IMG/VR virus record: IMGVR_UViG_3300005263_000002
Location: 1-39,405 of that record
Origin: a virus
Taxonomy: Duplodnaviria; Caudoviricetes
Reading direction: 5' to 3' (one strand)
DNA: 39,405 nt
In this document: in pieces, positions 1-7,868 of the stretch
Position numbering within the stretch: position 1 is the stretch's first letter
How the letters are laid out: each line of letters begins with the position of its first letter
The notes under the pieces: model-generated
Seen by the model: only the letters and a program-made list of their open reading frames with translations
Told to the model about the DNA's origin: nothing
Database searches by the model: none
Position numbers and translations under genes: made by a program

Positions 1-87
1 CAGATGCCGTAACCGAATGGAACCAAATCGCCAAAGAAACCAAGCCGAAAGGCTGATGTCCAAGATCCACCCGCCCAAGGAGGCAGA

Positions 88-822
88 GTGAAAACAATTC
101 TGGAAGCCATCGTGGGGTCCACCGTCCACGGAACGTCCGTGAATGACGGACTGGAGGATCTGGACCTCATGGCGGTAGTCATCGAGGACCAGGAAACCTT
201 CTGTGGATTCAACCCCAAGAACGTCTGGACCCATCGCACCAAGCCCGAAGGGGTGCGCTCTGAAGCCGGTGACACCGACTGGGTAGGCTACGGGTTGCGG
301 AAGTATCTGGGGCTGGTTCTCAAGGGCAACCCCTCCGCGCTACTCGCCCTCTATGTCCCCGCTGACAGCATCAAGAAGATCACCGAGGAAGGCGAGGGAC
401 TTCGCGCACTTGCACCCGCCATCGCCAGCAAAGCCGCCTACATGCCCTTCCGAGGCTACATGCGCCAGCAGCATGAACGCCTCTTGGGGCTGCGTGGTCA
501 GAAGAATGTCACTCGCCCTGAATTGGTGAAAGCCTACGGCTATGACACGAAGTATGCGGGGCACATCATCCGGCTTGGATGCCAGGGTGCAGAGTTCCTT
601 TCGACTGGGCGGATCACCCTTCCCATGCGAGAAGAAGAACGCGCCTTGGTGGTGAAGGTCCGAACTGGGGGCTTCACCCTGGCGGAAGCATCTGGGCTCA
701 TCAACCAAGCCGAGGTTCAGCTAGACGAAGCCTTCGCATCCTCGCCGTTGAAAGATGAACCTGACACCCAGGCGGTCGAAGCGTGGATGCTCCAGACCTA
801 TCTGAACCACTGGAACCGATAG
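88..822 (+). CDS. DNA polymerase beta-superfamily nucleotidyltransferase (RlaP/YcgL/NrdC.11-like)
   Basis: N-terminal hGS..HG......DxD motif (VGSTVHGTSVNDGLEDLD), GNPS motif, and 'RPELV..YGYDTKYA.H..RL' helical C-terminus. AAGGAGG RBS before the GTG. Confidence 0.8.
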   Translation: MKTILEAIVGSTVHGTSVNDGLEDLDLMAVVIEDQETFCGFNPKNVWTHRTKPEGVRSEAGDTDWVGYGLRKYLGLVLKGNPSALLALYVPADSIKKITEEGEGLRALAPAIASKAAYMPFRGYMRQQHERLLGLRGQKNVTRPELVKAYGYDTKYAGHIIRLGCQGAEFLSTGRITLPMREEERALVVKVRTGGFTLAEASGLINQAEVQLDEAFASSPLKDEPDTQAVEAWMLQTYLNHWNR

Positions 823-843
823 CTTCTGTCCAGGAGCCCGACG

Positions 844-996
844 ATGGACCAAAAGCTGAAAGAACTCCTCGATCAACTGGCGGAACTCGACCCGCTCTAT
901 GAGCGGTATCGCCAGGGCGACCCCTCCGTCTGCTTTTTCAACCTGCGCCACAGCCTCGATTCCACGATGGCTGCTTTCCGTGCCCTCAAGGGCTGA
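844..996 (+). CDS. Small hypothetical protein (50 aa, MDQKLKELLDQL...)
   Basis: Read by hand (below the ORF-track cutoff). AGGAG RBS, fills the gap between neighbours. Confidence 0.6.
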   Translation: MDQKLKELLDQLAELDPLYERYRQGDPSVCFFNLRHSLDSTMAAFRALKG

Positions 997-1026
997 TGTC
1001 CAGCAGCCGCTGGAGGAAGGAACGAC

Positions 1027-1200
1027 ATGAAGATGCCGAAGCAGGGAGAGCGCATCCGGTTCAAAGTCGTCAGGGGAGGTGAAACCTCCTGGCACACCGG
1101 AAGGCTAATCCACCGCTCAGAATTACGCGCCGATGTATTCCAGTCCGAATGTGGGCGGTGGTTTGGAACTGCCTTGGTGTTTGACTGGCACCCCCTCTAG
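1027..1200 (+). CDS. Small hypothetical protein (57 aa, MKMPKQGERIRFKVV...)
   Basis: Read by hand. GGAGG/GAAGGA upstream, TAG at 1198-1200. Confidence 0.6.
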   Translation: MKMPKQGERIRFKVVRGGETSWHTGRLIHRSELRADVFQSECGRWFGTALVFDWHPL

Positions 1201-1226
1201 TCCACCAATGTCCAGGAGCACCCACC

Positions 1227-2597
1227 TTGCTTGAAACCCTCTTCCCCTACCAGAACACCGGAGCAGCCTGGCTGGCGCCACGCTCTCAGGCTCTTCTGGC
1301 CGACGAGATGGGTCTTGGGAAGTCTGCCCAGGCGATCCAAGCCTGCGACATCACGGGCGCCCAGGACATCCTCGTCATCTGCCCCGCCAGTGTGCGGGTG
1401 AACTGGGAGCGTGAGTTTGAGAAGTTCAGCCCCATGGATCGACCGTGCTCAGTCATATTTTCAGGGTCTGATCCGGTTCCTACGCACGGCGTGGTGATCA
1501 TCAGCTATGACCTGGCGGTGAAGCTGGCGCACAAGCTGAAGGCCCGTGTCTGGGACGTGGAAATCCTGGACGAGGCCCATTACCTAAAAGAGCGCACCGC
1601 CGACCGCACCAAGGCGATCTACGGGCGTGGCGCCAAGTTCCCCGGCATCCAGGCCAAGCACATCTGGCGCCTTTCCGGGACGCCGGCCCCCAATAATGCG
1701 AGTGAGCTGTGGACCCAGCTCAAGTCGGCTGGCCTGACCACCGACTCCTACTGGGACTTCACGTTCCGCTACTGCGCTGGGTTCGATTCCAACTACGGAT
1801 ACAAGATCACCGGCCACAAGAACGTCGAGGAACTGAAAGGTCTGCTGAACCAGTTCATGCTGCGTCGCACCAAGGAGGAAGTCTTGACCGATCTACCGCC
1901 CATCTTCTACCAGCAGGTGACCGTCGATCGCTCGGCGGTGGAGCTGGACCCCTACTTCTATGAGCAGTGGTGCTCCATTGGCCAGCCTCAGTTCCTGGAG
2001 AACCTGAAGATCGCCGACACCACGCTTCGGGCCGCCCTGGAGCAGGTGAGCGGTGGCAGCCAGAAGACCCCCAACGAGTGCCGCCTGGGTGTCCTGGAGG
2101 CCATGGCCCCAGCGATGGTGACGCTTCGCCGCTACATCGGCATGGCGAAGCTGCCGGCCGTCTGCGACATCCTCATCGAGGAGCTGAAGAACGATCCGAA
2201 ATTGAAGCTGGTTGTTTTCGCCGTCCACCAGACCGTCATTGAGGACGCCCGTCTGCGCCTGGCCAAGTTCCATCCGGTCACCCTCTATGGTGGGACGCCA
2301 GCCATCAAGCGTCAGAAGAACATCGACCGCTTCATGAACGACCCCGCCTGCCGGGTGTTCGTGGGCAACGTCCAGGCCGCGGGTGTGGGCATCACGCTGA
2401 CCGTGGCCAACGAGGTGGTGTTCCTGGAGCAGTCCTGGGTGCCGGCCGACAACGCCCAGGCCGCCATGCGCTGCCATCGCATCGGCCAGACGAGGCCCGT
2501 GCGGGTCCGGATCTTCAGCCTCCACAAGAGCGTGGACGAACAGGTCCAGCAGACCCTTCTCCGCAAGAGCCGAGAGCTCACCAAGCTCGACCTGTGA
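1227..2597 (+). CDS. SNF2-family (SF2) helicase
   Basis: Motifs LADEMGLGKS, DEAH, LSGTP, AAGVGITLT, QAAMRCHRIGQ. AGGAG before a TTG start. Confidence 0.93.
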   Translation: MLETLFPYQNTGAAWLAPRSQALLADEMGLGKSAQAIQACDITGAQDILVICPASVRVNWEREFEKFSPMDRPCSVIFSGSDPVPTHGVVIISYDLAVKLAHKLKARVWDVEILDEAHYLKERTADRTKAIYGRGAKFPGIQAKHIWRLSGTPAPNNASELWTQLKSAGLTTDSYWDFTFRYCAGFDSNYGYKITGHKNVEELKGLLNQFMLRRTKEEVLTDLPPIFYQQVTVDRSAVELDPYFYEQWCSIGQPQFLENLKIADTTLRAALEQVSGGSQKTPNECRLGVLEAMAPAMVTLRRYIGMAKLPAVCDILIEELKNDPKLKLVVFAVHQTVIEDARLRLAKFHPVTLYGGTPAIKRQKNIDRFMNDPACRVFVGNVQAAGVGITLTVANEVVFLEQSWVPADNAQAAMRCHRIGQTRPVRVRIFSLHKSVDEQVQQTLLRKSRELTKLDL

Positions 2598-2612
2598 CTT
2601 TTTTCACTTTCG

Positions 2613-2643
2613 TGTTGCGATCGTCGCAACATGACCGTAAGCT
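2613..2643 (+). promoter_or_regulatory. Sigma70-like promoter (TTGCGA-N17-TAAGCT) overlapped by palindrome TGTTGCGATCGTCGCAACA
   Basis: Hexamers at 2615-2620 and 2638-2643, palindrome at 2613-2631, upstream of the 2671 gene. Confidence 0.7.
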
Positions 2644-2670
2644 AACAACACACAACCAGGAGCAACGCCA

Positions 2671-3288
2671 ATGAGCGTGACCATCACCATCGACCTCGGC
2701 AACATCACCCGACCGGAAGTGCTTGCGGTCCAGAAGCTCCTGACGGACTTCGACTCACTGGCCATGCAGGAGCGCATCTCGAATGGCGACTTCACCGACG
2801 AGACCATCGAAGCCGCTGCGCTTCGCCTGGCCGGCAAGGAGGCCGAGCGCCGGCCGATCCGGAGCCAGCTTCCCGTGGCTGTGGACCTGTCCGCGCCGGG
2901 TCGGGTGGACGAGAAGGAGGAGACCCCCACCAACGACGCAGCCACCGACGCCGCCATGGACCTGGTGCAGGAGAAGGCCCCGGCCAATGGGCCCGAGACA
3001 CCCAAGGCCAAGCGCGGCCGCCCGAAGAAGGAGGTGGCCGCCGAGCAGGTGGACCCTACACAGGCCCCGGAGACCAGCCCTGCCTCTTCTGCGGCACCCG
3101 AGCCGGAGGCCGTTGCCATCGCCCCGAGCCTGGACACCCTCCGCTCGGCTTTGATGGCCTACACGGACAAGCGTGACGTGGAAGCAGGCATGAACCTGCT
3201 GCATGAATTCGGCGTCAACCGGGTCAGCGAACTGACGGGCCTGGCTGCGGGGAAGCAGGTTGAGTTCCTTTCCAAGTGCGAGGTGTAG
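2671..3288 (+). CDS. Acidic, low-complexity phage replication-module protein with AT-hook-like KRGRPKK
   Basis: AGGAG RBS. Helical C-terminus (..LLHEFGVNRVSEL) resembles proteins usually found upstream of DUF2800 genes. Confidence 0.7.
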   Translation: MSVTITIDLGNITRPEVLAVQKLLTDFDSLAMQERISNGDFTDETIEAAALRLAGKEAERRPIRSQLPVAVDLSAPGRVDEKEETPTNDAATDAAMDLVQEKAPANGPETPKAKRGRPKKEVAAEQVDPTQAPETSPASSAAPEPEAVAIAPSLDTLRSALMAYTDKRDVEAGMNLLHEFGVNRVSELTGLAAGKQVEFLSKCEV

Positions 3289-3290
3289 TC

Positions 3291-3563
3291 ATGGCGACTC
3301 GTAAACCCAAGGCCAAGACCCAGGCCAAGACCCAGGCCGATGCCAAGCCGGATGCAGGCACCAACGTCCACGACATGAGCATCAGTAACTGCGTTTTCAA
3401 CAACGCTGCCGGCGCCAATGCGAACACTACGGAGGCCATCAAAGCTCTCGCTGAGGCATCCAGCCGCCATGCGGACGCTCTCATCGCCATGGCGCAATCC
3501 TTGAGGGGAACGCAGGCGCATGTCGGAGCGTCGATCCTTCTCGGCGGGGACGCCCATGCCTGA
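3291..3563 (+). CDS. Hypothetical protein
   Basis: GAGGTG RBS before ATG 3291. Short KTQA repeat from a 12-bp tandem. Overlaps the next start. Confidence 0.6.
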   Translation: MATRKPKAKTQAKTQADAKPDAGTNVHDMSISNCVFNNAAGANANTTEAIKALAEASSRHADALIAMAQSLRGTQAHVGASILLGGDAHA

Positions 3564-4695
3564 ACTCCACGCCAAGCTCTCTCCCTCGGCTGCAGAGAGG
3601 TGGTGCGTCTGTCCTGGCTCGGTCGTCCTCAGCGATGGCCTGCCTGAGCGGACCAGCGCCTTCGCTGAAGAAGGCACTGAGGCCCACTGGGTGGCCGAGC
3701 AGATCCTGAACCGTCGCCCGGTCAAGGCCGACCCCAACATGCTCCAGTTCGTCCAGACCTACACCGACTACGTGGAGGAGCTCTACCGTGAAGGCGAGGT
3801 CAAGCTGATCGAGCAGAAGGTGGAGGCCGTCGATGGCTGCTGGGGCACGGCTGACGCCATCGTCTGGCAGCCCGCCACAGCCACGCTCCACATCGTGGAC
3901 CTGAAGTATGGCGCCGGCGTGGGCGTGGAGGTCTCCAACAACCTCCAGCTCAAGATCTACGCCCTGGCCGCCCTGCGAACCACGAAGTTCAAGGCCAAGA
4001 CCGTGGTCGCCACCATCGTCCAGCCCCGCTTCCCCCACCCCGATGGCCCCATCCGGTCGAAGGAATACGACGTGGTGGACCTGATCGACTTCCATGCGGA
4101 TCTGATGGACGCCGTGAAGCGGGTTGAACTGGCGCGGTTGCACTCGAAGCCAGGTGCCGTGTTCGTTGTCCCGGATCCCTCCTGGACCTGGTATGACGAA
4201 TACCTCCACCCCTCCGAGAAGGGCTGCCGCTGGTGCCTGGCCGCCCCCACCTGCCCCAAGCTGAAGACCAAGAGCCAGGAACTGGCCAAGCAGGTGTTTG
4301 CGGCCGGAGTCCAATACTCCCCCGAAGCCCTGGCCCACACTCTCGACATGCTCCCGGTCCTCGAAGGCTGGATCAAGAACGTCCGGGAGTTCGCCTACGA
4401 GGAAGCCGAGAAGGGTAACGCGATCCCCGGCTACAAGCTGGTGGAGAAGCGGGCCACCCGGAAGTGGCGCGACGAGTCTGCGGCGGTGATGGCCCTGGAT
4501 GGCGCTGGCATCGACCCCTACGAGAAGAAGATCATCTCCCCCGCCGTGGCTGAGAAGGCTCTGGGCAAGGCCGACAGGGCCCTGCTGGACGAGCTCACGG
4601 TCAAGGAATCCTCGGGCCACACCCTGGTCCACGACTCAGACAAGCGTGATGCCGTCCGCATCGACGCGAAAGCAGCATTCACCCCCGCCGGCTGA
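3556..4695 (+). CDS. DUF2800 Cas4-like PD-(D/E)xK nuclease
   Basis: HAKLSPSAAERW..CPGS, AEEGT.AH, GTADA, IVDLKYG.G, NLQL.IYALAA, IVQPR, CRWC....CP. Confidence 0.88.
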   Translation: MPELHAKLSPSAAERWCVCPGSVVLSDGLPERTSAFAEEGTEAHWVAEQILNRRPVKADPNMLQFVQTYTDYVEELYREGEVKLIEQKVEAVDGCWGTADAIVWQPATATLHIVDLKYGAGVGVEVSNNLQLKIYALAALRTTKFKAKTVVATIVQPRFPHPDGPIRSKEYDVVDLIDFHADLMDAVKRVELARLHSKPGAVFVVPDPSWTWYDEYLHPSEKGCRWCLAAPTCPKLKTKSQELAKQVFAAGVQYSPEALAHTLDMLPVLEGWIKNVREFAYEEAEKGNAIPGYKLVEKRATRKWRDESAAVMALDGAGIDPYEKKIISPAVAEKALGKADRALLDELTVKESSGHTLVHDSDKRDAVRIDAKAAFTPAG

Positions 4696-4738
4696 CGGTA
4701 TCAGTCAGTTCCACAACCACCTACAGGAGTCTGGTCAC

Positions 4739-5296
4739 ATGACCGACAAGTTCCTCACCCCCGAGTTCCGCGCCACGTTCATCAGCGTGTTGCGCCCGTC
4801 CGCTGGCAAGAACCAGGACGGCACCCCTGGCACCCTGAAGTATTCCATCCGGGCCGCCTTCCCTCCCACCGCCGACCTCACGGTCATGCAGAACCAGGCC
4901 AAGGCGGCCGCCTTCGAGAAGTGGGGCGACAAGGTGCCCAAGACCATCCGGTCCCCCTTCCGCACCAACGAGGAGCTGGACAACCCGGTCCCCGGCATCG
5001 GCGATGACTGGACCATCGTCACCTTCTCCTGCAACGCCGACAAGGCCAAGCCGGGTCTGGTGGATGCCCAGGTCAACGACATCATCGACGAGTCCGAGGT
5101 CTACTCGGGCGCCTGGTTCCGAGTCCAGACCCGCGCCTTTGCGTATGACAAGGCCGGCAACAAGGGCGTGGCCTTCGATCTGCAGAACGTGCAGAAGCTG
5201 AAGGACGATGACGCCATCGGCGGTGGCAGGACGCCTGCCAACAAGGCTTTCGAGCCGGTTGGTGGCGGGGCCCCGAAGAAGGACATCTTCGGCTAG
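4739..5296 (+). CDS. DUF2815 single-stranded DNA-binding protein
   Basis: KPGLVD...EVYSG.W.R....FAYD.AGNKGVAF.LQNVQKL.D motif. CAGGAG RBS. Lies between DUF2800 and PolA. Confidence 0.88.
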   Translation: MTDKFLTPEFRATFISVLRPSAGKNQDGTPGTLKYSIRAAFPPTADLTVMQNQAKAAAFEKWGDKVPKTIRSPFRTNEELDNPVPGIGDDWTIVTFSCNADKAKPGLVDAQVNDIIDESEVYSGAWFRVQTRAFAYDKAGNKGVAFDLQNVQKLKDDDAIGGGRTPANKAFEPVGGGAPKKDIFG

Positions 5297-5302
5297 AGGT
5301 AG

Positions 5303-5321
5303 TGTTCCGATTTTCCCAACA
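5303..5321. promoter_or_regulatory. Operator-like palindrome TGTTCCGATTTTCCCAACA
   Basis: One mismatch to TGTTG-N9-CAACA, intergenic after the SSB gene. Confidence 0.55.
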
Positions 5322-5326
5322 CCATT

Positions 5327-5347
5327 GGCCCGAGAGATCGGGCCTTT
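5327..5347 (+). terminator. Probable weak intrinsic terminator after SSB
   Basis: GGCCCGA-GAGA-TCGGGCC followed by TTT. Confidence 0.5.
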
Positions 5348-5364
5348 GGGGTAGAGGAAGCCAT

Positions 5365-5850
5365 ATGCCAAGAGGAAGTCTTGAATACAGGTTCTGGTTG
5401 AAGGTCGATAAGGAAGGCCAAGATGGTTGTTGGCTGTGGACTGGCTGCAAGACCAAGGGCAGGCACGGCGGTTATGGCCAGATTGGCGTATCCGGGAAGC
5501 TGCTTCGCGCCCATCGCGTGTCATGGGAGTTGGCTAACGGCCCGCTTCCCCCGGGGGTGTTCCTGGACCACGTTTGCAACAACAGGTCCTGCGTAAATCC
5601 GGGTCATCTTCGACAGGCTTCTTTGGCCGACAACAACTGCAACAGGAAAATGCACCGGAATAATTCGTGCGGTCTGAAGGGCGTTTACTTCGACAAGCCC
5701 GCCAAGCGCTGGCGAGCCAGGATACGGCGCCACGGTGTCTCATACCATTTGGGGCGTTTCGATTCACCCGAGTTGGCACATGAAGCCTACTGCAAAGCCG
5801 CAGCTAGCCTGCATGGGCGCTTTGCTAATTTTGGAAGCCCCAACCCATGA
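5365..5850 (+). CDS. HNH homing endonuclease with AP2-like DNA-binding domain
   Basis: CWLWTG..GYGQ..RAHRVSW, LDH.CNN.SCVNP.HL, and GVYFDK...RWRARI...HLG.F...E.AH.AY. GAGG RBS before ATG 5365; ORF track starts at 5302. Confidence 0.88.
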   Translation: MPRGSLEYRFWLKVDKEGQDGCWLWTGCKTKGRHGGYGQIGVSGKLLRAHRVSWELANGPLPPGVFLDHVCNNRSCVNPGHLRQASLADNNCNRKMHRNNSCGLKGVYFDKPAKRWRARIRRHGVSYHLGRFDSPELAHEAYCKAAASLHGRFANFGSPNP

Positions 5851-7868
5851 CCATCCTCCACATCGACTTTGAGTCCTACAGCGCCTGCGACCTGAAGACC
5901 GCCGGCCTGGCCAACTACGCAGCCGACCCCAGCACGGGCGTCCACTGCCTGGCGTATGCGTTTGACGATGAGCCTGTGCAGGTGATGGATTCGCACTGCT
6001 TCTGGACGCCGTTCAACGATGACATCCACGCCCGTGTCATCGAACACGTCGAGGCAGGTGGCCTCGTCTACGCCCACAACGTCGCCTTCGAGCTGGCCAT
6101 CTGGAACAGCGTGATGGTCGAGCACTACGAATGGCCCGAGTTGAAGCCAGAGCAGTGCCGCTGCACCATGAACATGGCCTACGCCATGGCCCTGCCGGGC
6201 GCTCTGGAGAACGCAGCCCCAGCACTCGGTATCGCCCAGCGGAAGGACGCCGCCGGCAAGCGCATCATGCTTCAGCTCTGCAAACCCAAACCCGATGGAA
6301 CCTTCTGGAGATACGAGGATGACCCGGCCAAGTTCGAGGCGCTCTATTCGTATTGCAAAACCGATGTGGAGGTGGAGCGGGCACTTCACGCTCGACTCCG
6401 TGAGCTTGACCCTTCGGAGCAACGCCTGTGGAACCTGGACTACAAGATCAACAACCACGGCCTTCTCGTTGACCTTCTGGCCATCGACAAAGCCATCGCC
6501 CTCGTAGCCTCCGAGAAGAAGCGCCTCGACGCCGAGATGTTGCGCACCACGGGGGGCGTGGTGGGTTCCTGCACCGAGGTCCAGCTTCTGGTGAAGTGGA
6601 TCCGCGCCCAGGGCGTGGAGGTCAAGGGCGTGGCCAAGGCTGACGTGCTCGACGCCCTGGATGGCGACCTCCCGGCCAACGTGCGCCGGGCCCTGGAGCT
6701 GCGGAAGGAAGCGGCCAAGAGCTCGACTGCCAAGCTCATCGCCATGAAGGAGAGGGCCTCGAAGGATGGCCGGGTCCGCGGCTGCCACCAGTTCCACGGC
6801 GCCAGCACCGGCAGGTGGGCGGGGCGTGGAATTCAGGTCCAAAATTTTCCGAGGCCCCGCCCCACCACCAAGGCTGCGGACGTGGAGAAGATGATCGCCC
6901 TGTTCTCCAAGCCTGATCAGCTCGACATGCTCTACGGCCCCACCATGGACGCCCTGGCCGACTGCCTGCGCGGCATGATCGCAGCCCCGCCCGGCAAGGA
7001 GCTCATCGCCGTGGACTTCAGCGCCATTGAGGCCCGGGTCGCAGCGTGGCTGGCCGGTCAGGAGTCGGTGTTGGAGATCTTCCGCACTCACGGCAAGATC
7101 TACGAACATGCCGCGGCCGGCATTTACAACTGCAAGATCGAGGACATCGGGAAGCACGACCCCCGACGGCAGGTAGGTAAGGTCGCCATCCTCGCTCTCG
7201 GCTACGGCGGGGGCGTCGGCGCCTTCCAGTCCATGGCCAAGAACTACAACGTTCGCATCTCCGATGACGAGGCCGAGCAGATCAAGCAGGCATGGCGGGC
7301 CACCAACCCCAGCATCACCTCCTACTGGTATGCCCTGGAGGCCGCGGCCATGGACGCCGTGACCGAGGGTGGTATCCACAGCGTTGGCCCCGTCGGCCGC
7401 CAGGTCCACTTCAAGAAGGATGGGTCGTTCCTGTGGTGCAAGCTCCCTTCCGGGAGACTTCTCTGCTACCCCTACCCCGAGATCCGAACGGTCACCACCC
7501 CCTGGGGATCTGAGCGTGACGCACTCACCTTCATGTCGGTGGTCGCCAGCGGCCAGAAGCTGAAGGCCATCCCGGACGCCAACGAGAGTGGAACTTGGAA
7601 ACGAGTCTCAACATTTGGAGGGTCGGTTTTTGAAAATCTGGTGCAAGCGGTGGCCCGAGATTTACTTGCGGAAGCACTGTTGCGATTCGACCAACACGGT
7701 GCGACCATAACCGCCCACGTTCACGATGAGCTGGTCATCGAGATTGACCAGAACGCCGGCCCCGATGTCCTGAAGAAGTGTGAGGCGCTGATGGCTGAAG
7801 TTCCTGCTTGGGCCCCTGGACTCCCATTGGCCGCCGAAGGTTGGCGTGGACCGAGGTATAGGAAATGA
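5847..7868 (+). CDS. polA: Family A DNA polymerase (APSE/Bcep-type) with 3'-5' exonuclease
   Basis: Exonuclease motifs IDFES, AHNVAFE, YCKTDVEVE. Polymerase motifs TGRWAG, DFSAIEARV, RQVGK...LALGY, ENLVQAVARD, HVHDE. Confidence 0.95.
   Translation: MTILHIDFESYSACDLKTAGLANYAADPSTGVHCLAYAFDDEPVQVMDSHCFWTPFNDDIHARVIEHVEAGGLVYAHNVAFELAIWNSVMVEHYEWPELKPEQCRCTMNMAYAMALPGALENAAPALGIAQRKDAAGKRIMLQLCKPKPDGTFWRYEDDPAKFEALYSYCKTDVEVERALHARLRELDPSEQRLWNLDYKINNHGLLVDLLAIDKAIALVASEKKRLDAEMLRTTGGVVGSCTEVQLLVKWIRAQGVEVKGVAKADVLDALDGDLPANVRRALELRKEAAKSSTAKLIAMKERASKDGRVRGCHQFHGASTGRWAGRGIQVQNFPRPRPTTKAADVEKMIALFSKPDQLDMLYGPTMDALADCLRGMIAAPPGKELIAVDFSAIEARVAAWLAGQESVLEIFRTHGKIYEHAAAGIYNCKIEDIGKHDPRRQVGKVAILALGYGGGVGAFQSMAKNYNVRISDDEAEQIKQAWRATNPSITSYWYALEAAAMDAVTEGGIHSVGPVGRQVHFKKDGSFLWCKLPSGRLLCYPYPEIRTVTTPWGSERDALTFMSVVASGQKLKAIPDANESGTWKRVSTFGGSVFENLVQAVARDLLAEALLRFDQHGATITAHVHDELVIEIDQNAGPDVLKKCEALMAEVPAWAPGLPLAAEGWRGPRYRK

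Noticed and set aside
3308-3340. 12-bp tandem repeat (CAGGCCAAGACC-like)
   Set aside because: In-frame, encoding a low-complexity KTQA linker. No sign of phase variation.
3556-4695. Cas4 as part of a CRISPR system
   Set aside because: Context (DUF2815 SSB, PolA) marks it as the common phage DUF2800 replication/recombination nuclease.
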